Shown: in pieces, positions 26,334-33,652 of the stretch
How the letters are laid out: the number at the start of each line of letters is the position of its first letter
How positions within the stretch are numbered: position 1 is the first letter of the stretch
Source of the DNA: a virus
DNA: 64,000 nucleotides
Strand: one strand, 5' to 3'
Virus record (IMG/VR): IMGVR_UViG_3300017963_000024
Coordinates: 22,833-86,832 of that record
Made by a program: the position numbers and the translations under genes
The notes under the pieces: model-generated
What the model was told of the DNA's origin: nothing
Seen by the model: the letters and a program-made list of their open reading frames with translations, nothing else
Database searches by the model: none

Positions 26334-27007
26334 GAAAACTTTGTTTGCTGCTGGTTTTTCTGTTTCTTTTCGGTTGTGGTTCTCTGGCCCACAACAATGC
26401 AGACCCACGACCAGACCTCGCCTTGCCTGATCTTTGGGAGGAGCAACCTGCATCCTTCTACTTCGCACCTCTGGCAATCGAGGATCACCCCGACAGTGAT
26501 GTTGTACGGGAGACGGAACGGTCGATCCGCTACCTCAAGAACCACTACCTCCCGTACCTCGGGATGTACGAGGACGAGGAGAATCCTGAGATCACGTTCC
26601 ATACTATCCTGTTCGAGGACAACGACGACATCAACTTCGGGCGAACGTATCACCTAACCAAAGCTTGCCGAATCGAGTTGAACGAGGACAGGATCAAGGA
26701 AGTTCCAGTTCTTTGGGACCGTGCTCTGAAGAACACCTACGTCCACGAAGCGGGTCACTGCCTTGGCCTTGTTGTCACACCAACAGAGTCGGCCCAAAGA
26801 TCACCGGGGGACACGCTTAACCATTGCCGTCATTTTGACTGTGCCATGACGATTCGTGGGATTGGCAGTGACCTCGATCAGTTTCTCGGCTGGCTGGAGA
26901 ATGTTGGGAGTGACGAGCCAACTTTCTGCCGCCACTGCGAGGAGTATCTAATGAAACGCTTGGAGGAGAGGCACAATGAGCAGGAGAATGCTTCGGTTGC
27001 CCACTGA
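26330..27007 (+). CDS. lipoprotein zinc metalloprotease (metzincin/archaemetzincin-like)
   Basis: Lipobox LFGC; HEAGHCLGL; HC..CAM Met-turn; FCRHC. Confidence 0.75.
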   Translation: MRKLCLLLVFLFLFGCGSLAHNNADPRPDLALPDLWEEQPASFYFAPLAIEDHPDSDVVRETERSIRYLKNHYLPYLGMYEDEENPEITFHTILFEDNDDINFGRTYHLTKACRIELNEDRIKEVPVLWDRALKNTYVHEAGHCLGLVVTPTESAQRSPGDTLNHCRHFDCAMTIRGIGSDLDQFLGWLENVGSDEPTFCRHCEEYLMKRLEERHNEQENASVAH

Positions 27008-27205
27008 GAACCCCTACCCGTTGGAGGGATCAGCGGCAGTACCGGGAACAAGGGCTAGGGGTACTTTCACCAGTGAAGAACTCGTCAAGCAAGTTTTGAT
27101 GAGGTTGGCCGAGAAAGGCTTTCTGCGTGACGACACAGACGAGCGGCGAGAAGGCATCCTCAAGACGGTGAGTGAAGTGATGACGATCACAGATTCGGAG
27201 GAAGA

Positions 27206-27436
27206 ATGGAAAGGGTTCCTGTCGTAAGCTCGAACATCCACAGCGTCGGGTACGATCCAGACACCGAGACGCTTCAAATCCAGTTCAAGACAAAGAACGG
27301 AGGACCGGGGTATGTCTACAACTATCCCGGTATTCCAGCCTCAAAACACGAAGATCTGATGACTGCTAAGTCGAAGGGAAAGTTCTTCGCAATGGAGATC
27401 AAGCCTCTCACCAAAGGTGAGCGGATTGAAGAGTAG
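27206..27436 (+). CDS. KTSC domain protein
   Basis: MERVPVVSSNIHSVGYD...L.IQF..G.VY.Y..I....L..A.SKG.FF...IK. Confidence 0.9.
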   Translation: MERVPVVSSNIHSVGYDPDTETLQIQFKTKNGGPGYVYNYPGIPASKHEDLMTAKSKGKFFAMEIKPLTKGERIEE

Positions 27437-27440
27437 GAGA

Positions 27441-27535
27441 GTTGGGGTCCCATCGGCATAGCCTGTTGTGAACCGTGCGTACTTCGACCTACGCCAGCCC
27501 GCAACGTGAGTGCTCCGGTAGGGACCCCGACACCA
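27441..27535 (+). ncRNA. candidate tRNA-like long hairpin RNA ending in ACCA
   Basis: 11-bp terminal stem GTTGGGGTCCC/GGGACCCCGAC plus ACCA overhang; inner stems; apical TTCGA loop. Confidence 0.5.
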
Positions 27536-28303
27536 AATTATGACGAACGAACAATTTGAGGAACTTCTAAACGAGATCAGGATAGGATTCGTGACTCTGA
27601 GTTCTGCCACACTGCACGGGTTTGACAATCTGGCGGAGTGCTTCAGAAAGTCACAGCACCAGTGGACTTCCCCGCATCAACTTGTTGACAAAGCCGAAGC
27701 TTTAATGGCAGATGTGAGGAGACACTATGGGACGATCAAAGACTAAGAGCAAGAAGCCGACGCAGGAGAAGAGGGCTAAGAAGAGGCGTGGCAAGAATCA
27801 CAACTGATGAAGCCACCGGGACATACGATGTACCACTGTGACACGGGTTTTGCCTGTGGTTCTCTTTGCCTTGTCGGAGATACAGTTTGTGCCGCCCATT
27901 CAGCACCAATCTTTCGGAAGTGGAATGGAACAAGGTACAACAGGACATGGAAGCTCAATCGTTTGGGAGGAGCGAAAAATGCCAAGAGCCAGTCCGTAGT
28001 AAGTCCTCAGAGAAAAATTTCGATCTGAAACCCAAAACCTAAGAGGAGAAAAGCGATGTCTATGAAAGTTTTGTTAGGAGTTCCTTCCCCCTGTGAGTGT
28101 GCGCCCGGATTGGTTGAGAACCTGATCGAGGAAGTGCTCGACGAGTTTGCCTATCCGCCGGGACAGGAAGACCTTTGGGCTGGAATGTTTCTTTGTGGCG
28201 TGCTGATGAGCCGCCAAGACATCCTCGACAAGCTTCCGAAATGGCCCGGTACGGATGTTCCGATGATTACCCCTGAGACGGTCAAGATCGGGATTCTCTC
28301 GAC

Positions 28304-29128
28304 ATGACCCGCTTTGCGCTTCTGCTGGCTCTGCTTGTCCCGGTGCTGGCCGGGGCGCAGACTTCCATCGACGTTAAGGCTGCCGTGGCTCGCGCTGAAA
28401 GTGCGGCCATTCGAGCCGAAGTAGCCGCAATCAAGGCCCAGCAAAAATCCACAGTGGCTACAGAGGCAGCCGAACGTGCCGAAGCGGTTGTCAGAATCAT
28501 GGAGGTTCCTCCAAAGCTTGAAGTAACTCCAGAGGAGCCTGTAATTACAGAATACACTGCCCCCTTAACCTTCGTACCTCGTAGAGCGTCAATGGGCGGA
28601 GGAGGGGGAACTGATGCGTGTGGGGTGGACCCCGGAGCCGTTACTACGGACGGCTTCGGGATGTACGAGATCACGAATATCGAGAGTGGCACGAAGATCA
28701 AGCCCTTCAAGGTTGGTGGAACGTGCAACGCAATTTCTGCTCTCGATGCCTCGTGGATTCTGCAATACGTGGTCGGAAAGAGGGAGTTCGACTCGTTCCA
28801 ACTTTTAGCCTGTGACACTACAGGAAATGGTACGTGTTCGTCTCTCGATGCAGCAAAGATTTTACAGTACATGGTGGGTAAGATTGACAGGCTCCCCGCT
28901 GCTGACCTCTGCTGCTCCGACTGGCTGTTTTGGCCCGTGATTTCGGCTCTTCCCGTTGGTGTGGATCTTGTGACGGTCGCTCCCAATTTCGCTGGAGGCG
29001 TCTGCACGATGGGTTCTGCTGAATATACTTGGGAAGAGCCTCCTCCTGACGGAAGGATCATAGGCCAGAATTACAAGGGGATCGTGATCGGTGACGTAAC
29101 CGGAAACTGGCAACCTTGTGAGGAGTAG
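28304..29128 (+). CDS. secreted protein with dockerin type I-like domain
   Basis: Signal peptide; duplicated ISALDASWILQYVVG / DTTGNGTCSSLDAAKILQYMVG; C-terminal IGDVTGNW. Confidence 0.7.
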   Translation: MTRFALLLALLVPVLAGAQTSIDVKAAVARAESAAIRAEVAAIKAQQKSTVATEAAERAEAVVRIMEVPPKLEVTPEEPVITEYTAPLTFVPRRASMGGGGGTDACGVDPGAVTTDGFGMYEITNIESGTKIKPFKVGGTCNAISALDASWILQYVVGKREFDSFQLLACDTTGNGTCSSLDAAKILQYMVGKIDRLPAADLCCSDWLFWPVISALPVGVDLVTVAPNFAGGVCTMGSAEYTWEEPPPDGRIIGQNYKGIVIGDVTGNWQPCEE

Positions 29129-29130
29129 AG

Positions 29131-29430
29131 ATGAATGTGTTTGTGACCATGCTGATTCAGACCGCTCTAAAGCTTTTGGGCGAACTCATCGTTGCTTTCA
29201 TCGAGAATCTTCGGAAGGCAAGGATGGATGATCCCGATCTCGCTGGTGTGGTTCTGAAGATCGTGCAGGGAATCAACAATGACCACCCTGAGTGGGACAA
29301 CGAACAGAAATGGCGTTACGCAAAGGACGCCGTCATCCAGTACGGCAAGGGCCTTGGAAAAGATTTCAAGGATTCGCTCATCAACACGCTGATCGAGCTT
29401 GCCGTGCAGAAAGTGAAGCTCAATGGCTAA
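29131..29430 (+). CDS. LL-H-family holin-like protein
   Basis: N-terminal hydrophobic helix; EQK..A...V...G...INTLIELAV. Confidence 0.5.
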   Translation: MNVFVTMLIQTALKLLGELIVAFIENLRKARMDDPDLAGVVLKIVQGINNDHPEWDNEQKWRYAKDAVIQYGKGLGKDFKDSLINTLIELAVQKVKLNG

Positions 29431-29732
29431 GAAATGTGGTGGAGGCAAACGGAAGAGGCAGCGCAAGGGCCAAGGGGCGAAGTGATGAATCACCACATCC
29501 ATGTCTACTTGGTTGCAGGGTTACGGGAGTATGACTTCAAGGATTGCACCGAGACAGAAGCTCTGCAACGCGCTCTCGACAACGCACTGGACGGCAGAAA
29601 GAAATTCAAGCAAGCTGACTGTGTAGTTGTCGCGCTCTCTCCTTCTAACCCAGCAAACAAGACACAGTCGAAACCAAAGGGCGCTCCCGGTTCTGTGTTC
29701 TCGACCAGTGATCTCAGAGGAGGATCAAGGTG

Positions 29733-29960
29733 ATGTCCGACGAGACACCAAAAACCCCTGTTGCAATGGAAGCCGCGTACAAGGAGGTATGCGAGCTTCG
29801 TGCAAAGCTTTCTGTGGCTCAAGAGGCTATGGAGGAGCGAGCCAAAGCGCACGACCTGACGAGGCGAGAGTTGGATCGCGCTGCTACGGTTCGAGACAAC
29901 CTTAAAGAGCAACTCGACAAGGCTCTGCAAAAGTTTCAGAACGCGACTTTGAAGGCTTGA
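29733..29960 (+). CDS. small coiled-coil protein
   Basis: RBS and heptad pattern. Confidence 0.5.
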   Translation: MSDETPKTPVAMEAAYKEVCELRAKLSVAQEAMEERAKAHDLTRRELDRAATVRDNLKEQLDKALQKFQNATLKA

Positions 29961-30016
29961 CTTTGGTCTTGGCTACTTTACCCTAGAGAAGGGTGGATCG
30001 CTGTCCGCCTTCCTCC

Positions 30017-30058
30017 TTGGTGACGGGGGCTAGCCCCCCTTCAGGCCCCCGTCACCAA
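30017..30058 (+). terminator. strong hairpin, possible terminator or processing site
   Basis: 14-bp perfect stem TTGGTGACGGGGGC/GCCCCCGTCACCAA. Confidence 0.55.
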
Positions 30059-30234
30059 CCCAAACTTGGATTTTTTAGAACAGGGTGTTGACTTTCATGG
30101 GAGAGTTGTGACCAAAATATGCACAATCCTCTTTCCCCCTCGTGGGGCGGCCCTGATGGTGGCCGAAGTTTTGTCCCCCGACCATCAGGGTCGCCCGCCT
30201 CGGAGGAAGAGGGGATGAGGAAAGGAGAGAGAGG

Positions 30235-30873
30235 ATGAGAGATCAGAGGTTCTTCGGGGTTCTTACAACCCTGATTGTGCTGACGCTTCTTGGGCTTATT
30301 CTTCTGGCGTCTCCAACTTACGGTCAGGAAACCCCAACCGACACTCCAACGGACACGCCTACGGAGACTCCGACAGAGACTCCAACGGATACGCCTACGG
30401 CAACTCCAACAGACACCCCAACCGAAACACCGACACCCACCGACACGCCTACAGAGACTCCAACTGACACTCCAACGGACACGCCTACCGACACACCTAC
30501 TTCGACGCCAACCAGCACTCCAACAGCAACGCCAACAACCACATCTACGAACACTCCGACACCAACAGCTAGACCCGCTGGTTTCATGGGACCAATCTCA
30601 TCGTGTCCAAGTCCTCCTTGTTGCACAAACATCATGGGAGGTCTGACCAAAGGTTTGAAGACGGTTTCGGTTAAGCAGACAGGCACGGCAACTATGAAAG
30701 TGATGTGCCGCGTCTGTGACGACTTCAGTTGCCCGTTTGTGCAGATTGGTTCTGACATTACCGATTCAGCCGCACTCCTGACCTTTAGTGACTGGTGTTC
30801 AGAGTTAAAGCTTTGCGTCGATCCTTACACAGACGGCTCTTCAATGGGATGGGTCCGGTCTACAGGCAAATAG
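30235..30873 (+). CDS. secreted Pro/Thr-repeat protein with Cys-rich C-terminal domain
   Basis: Signal peptide; (TPTD/E)n linker. Confidence 0.8.
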   Translation: MRDQRFFGVLTTLIVLTLLGLILLASPTYGQETPTDTPTDTPTETPTETPTDTPTATPTDTPTETPTPTDTPTETPTDTPTDTPTDTPTSTPTSTPTATPTTTSTNTPTPTARPAGFMGPISSCPSPPCCTNIMGGLTKGLKTVSVKQTGTATMKVMCRVCDDFSCPFVQIGSDITDSAALLTFSDWCSELKLCVDPYTDGSSMGWVRSTGK

Positions 30874-30881
30874 GAGAAAGT

Positions 30882-31631
30882 ATGGATATTTTAGCAGCGG
30901 CAATGGCCGCTTGGCTCATTGGAGCGCAGGACAAGCCAACCAGAACTCCCCGTCCACAGAGAACTCCACGCCCCACCCGTACTCTGAAAGCTGTCCCTAC
31001 CATTGGAGATAAGGACCACGGGGGCAAAGGAAAGAGTGAGAAGGCCAAGGCGGCAGACAAGAGCAAGACGAAGGACATTTGGAACAACGCCAAGCCAGAA
31101 GACGCTCCCGGTCAGGTCAAGAAGCTGGCCGAGATCACGCAAATGTGCATGGCGGACAATCCAACAAACACTGACAAGTGGGACAGAAAGTGGGGTAATG
31201 CCAATGGTCGAGGACGTGTGCTGAAGAAGAGTGGCAAAACTTTGGCTTTCACTACTCTTCCTCCAGCGTTTGAGGAAAGCGTCAGGAATATCAACGGAAA
31301 GATGTACTGCCCGTTCGACATCATTGTTCTCAACACTCAGGAAGCTGACGTTCAGGACGATGGTATTGCACTCTACAAGACGTTCTCAATGGACGTTGTG
31401 GGCGACTTGCAGGGAATGGGCTATGATGGCCTCTACGTCATCACACCAAAGCGCATTGGCGATTCGGACGACAAGCTTCCCGGCTACTTTGTGACTCTCG
31501 GTGAACTCGGGTTCACTGAGTACGTCTACAAAATGGACGTGGATGGAAATGCAACGAAGTGGCTTTACACGGTTGACTTCAACGAAGTGCAGACAGGGAT
31601 GATTCTCGATGCGGCGAGAGGAGGGGTGTGA
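30882..31631 (+). CDS. hypothetical (possibly exported) protein
   Basis: RBS AGGAG before ATG 30882; PTRTPRP repeats. Confidence 0.65.
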   Translation: MDILAAAMAAWLIGAQDKPTRTPRPQRTPRPTRTLKAVPTIGDKDHGGKGKSEKAKAADKSKTKDIWNNAKPEDAPGQVKKLAEITQMCMADNPTNTDKWDRKWGNANGRGRVLKKSGKTLAFTTLPPAFEESVRNINGKMYCPFDIIVLNTQEADVQDDGIALYKTFSMDVVGDLQGMGYDGLYVITPKRIGDSDDKLPGYFVTLGELGFTEYVYKMDVDGNATKWLYTVDFNEVQTGMILDAARGGV

Positions 31632-32797
31632 TGAAGTTGGTCAAATTTTTGCTGACTCTTCTTCTGCTAGGCTCTCCAGCCTTCGGCCAGATTTGGCCCA
31701 CTCCCCCTGCTGTAACTCCGACTCCTCAGACTGGTGGCCCTATCGCCGCTGATGTTGTCATGTTTGAGGGGACGTTCGAGGACACGCTTGAGGTTCTACA
31801 CTTTTACGAGGGCGAATTCACTCCCGAGACTATCGAACCCACATGGGTTGGTGTATTTCCCTCCAAAGGTGGTGGCTTAGGCAACCTTACCCGTGCGCTT
31901 TATCAGTTGAACCTCTACGACATTGGAGCAGAACCGGGTGACACAATTCTTCAGTGCCTTGTAGGGCTGGTAACTGAGGAGGTTGGTGTAGGCTTCTCTG
32001 ACGGCGAGGTTTACAAAACTACAGTTCCTTGGGAGCCTGTGCCGGGGCCTACATGGTGGACGGCTGCTGGGGATATAGTAAAGCTTTATGGTTTTTACGA
32101 AGATCCTGGCATTATAGAGGATGCGGGATTTGAAATGACGCCTCCTCTTCCTTTTGGTGCAACAGACCCCGGTTGGCCCACCTCAACGATTGGGGACTCG
32201 ACCGTCATCTACCGCTCGCCTTATACGAACCTTCGGACGTGGGAAACTTCGGGAGGTGACTGGACTGTTACCGATGGAATTACTGGCATCGTTTGTGACA
32301 CGGTCGATGAGTGGCTAATCCTTGATGTTCTGCCTTGGTGCAAGGACGCGGTTGAAGGTGGTGGAAACGGGGTTGTGCAATTCATTTTCAAACGTGCCTC
32401 AGAGGATGTAACCGCAGGGGTGTGTGGCTACTCTGGAACAGACCACGCGGACGAGAGCCGCCATCCAGTCTTCGGCCTCAGTCTTCTTCGTGGTTCTGGT
32501 TTTGGACAGGTCGAAACGTGCTCGTCTGCTCCGTGCGCTTCTCCCCGAAAGCTTACAGGAGCAACTGTTGGACGAAAGACTATATCCATCAACAACGAAG
32601 AGGGAGCCTCAGTTTCGGTCTATTGCCGGATCAGCAGTGAATTTGCCGCCCCTCCCGTTGTGATCGACAGCACAACGACTTCCGAAAACATTGTCTTCGA
32701 TGATTGGTGCGAGGAAGTCTGGTACGAAGTAACGGCTACGTGCGATCCTTGCAATGTCACAGCTACTCTACGGATCGACAAAGGAGCTTGTTTGTAA
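31631..32797 (+). CDS. secreted protein, DNRLRE-like beta-sandwich plus Cys-rich C-terminal domain
   Basis: Signal peptide; RALYQLNL, W.T.GGDW, DV..W patterns. Confidence 0.6.
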   Translation: MKLVKFLLTLLLLGSPAFGQIWPTPPAVTPTPQTGGPIAADVVMFEGTFEDTLEVLHFYEGEFTPETIEPTWVGVFPSKGGGLGNLTRALYQLNLYDIGAEPGDTILQCLVGLVTEEVGVGFSDGEVYKTTVPWEPVPGPTWWTAAGDIVKLYGFYEDPGIIEDAGFEMTPPLPFGATDPGWPTSTIGDSTVIYRSPYTNLRTWETSGGDWTVTDGITGIVCDTVDEWLILDVLPWCKDAVEGGGNGVVQFIFKRASEDVTAGVCGYSGTDHADESRHPVFGLSLLRGSGFGQVETCSSAPCASPRKLTGATVGRKTISINNEEGASVSVYCRISSEFAAPPVVIDSTTTSENIVFDDWCEEVWYEVTATCDPCNVTATLRIDKGACL

Positions 32798-33375
32798 TGT
32801 CTAAGGGGGCTAAACCCAAAGTGAGTGCGGAAGTTCCCTCCGCTCATGGAGGGAAACGCCCCGGTGCTGGCCGACCAAGAGGCTCAAAGAACGCACCAAG
32901 GCCCACTGCTAGTTCACTTGCTAAGATGTCACGTCGGGAAGCTCGTGAAAAATTTAAGGAGCTTCTCGAACCAGTTGAGCGCGCCGCAGCAGTGAGGCTC
33001 ACTCAAATCTTGCTAAAGGAAACAAAGGATCGACCAGACCTCGCGCTGGAAGCGTGTCGGTTGGTGTTTGAGTTCCGTCAGGGCAAACCGGCTCCGATGG
33101 AGTGGCTGGACGAGATGCCAGAAGGACTTGTGTCCGGGCAACAGCAACCTCAGATCGGACAACAAGCGAACATTGGCGTCCTGATGATCGGGGGAAACGA
33201 AGAGGAGTACAAAGAAGGTCTTCGTATGCTCCGAATGAAGATGAGGGGAACTGCCGAGCCTCAACAGGTTGACCTCTCCAAGATTCCTCCACCCCTTCCA
33301 GCCCCCGTGCAGTCCGACGTTGTGGACGTAACTCCTGAAGAGGAGTCAGAAGCGACGGGAACCGATGGCGACTAA
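32797..33375 (+). CDS. terminase small subunit (putative)
   Basis: HGGKRPGAGRPRGSKN N-terminal motif; position upstream of TerL. Confidence 0.7.
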   Translation: MSKGAKPKVSAEVPSAHGGKRPGAGRPRGSKNAPRPTASSLAKMSRREAREKFKELLEPVERAAAVRLTQILLKETKDRPDLALEACRLVFEFRQGKPAPMEWLDEMPEGLVSGQQQPQIGQQANIGVLMIGGNEEEYKEGLRMLRMKMRGTAEPQQVDLSKIPPPLPAPVQSDVVDVTPEEESEATGTDGD

Positions 33376-33652
33376 CGACGTTGATTTCAAGTTTACTTGG
33401 AAGATTCTCTCTTGGCCTGAACAGGAAGAAGGCTTTCTAACAAAGCTTTTTGATCCTGATCGCCTTGGATTTCCTCTCGATCCTGACGAGAAGATTACTT
33501 CCGAGCGTATTAGAAGAGCCTTGGAATCTCCTCAATTCCGAGATGAGTTCAGACGGAACTTGAATGAGATTGTGGAGGAAACGGCTAGAAAGATATTTCG
33601 AGAAGCTTTGGAAAAGGGTTTTACGGCCATTGAGCTAGAGCCAACACCATGA
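33365..33652 (+). CDS. hypothetical protein
   Basis: Coupled between TerS and TerL. Confidence 0.55.
   Translation: MATNDVDFKFTWKILSWPEQEEGFLTKLFDPDRLGFPLDPDEKITSERIRRALESPQFRDEFRRNLNEIVEETARKIFREALEKGFTAIELEPTP

Noticed and set aside
27441-27535. Canonical tRNA or SRP RNA
   Set aside because: No D or anticodon arms and no SRP domain IV motif; kept only as a tRNA-like candidate
30324-30758. Minus-strand (VGVS)n ORF
   Set aside because: Reverse complement of the TPTD repeat
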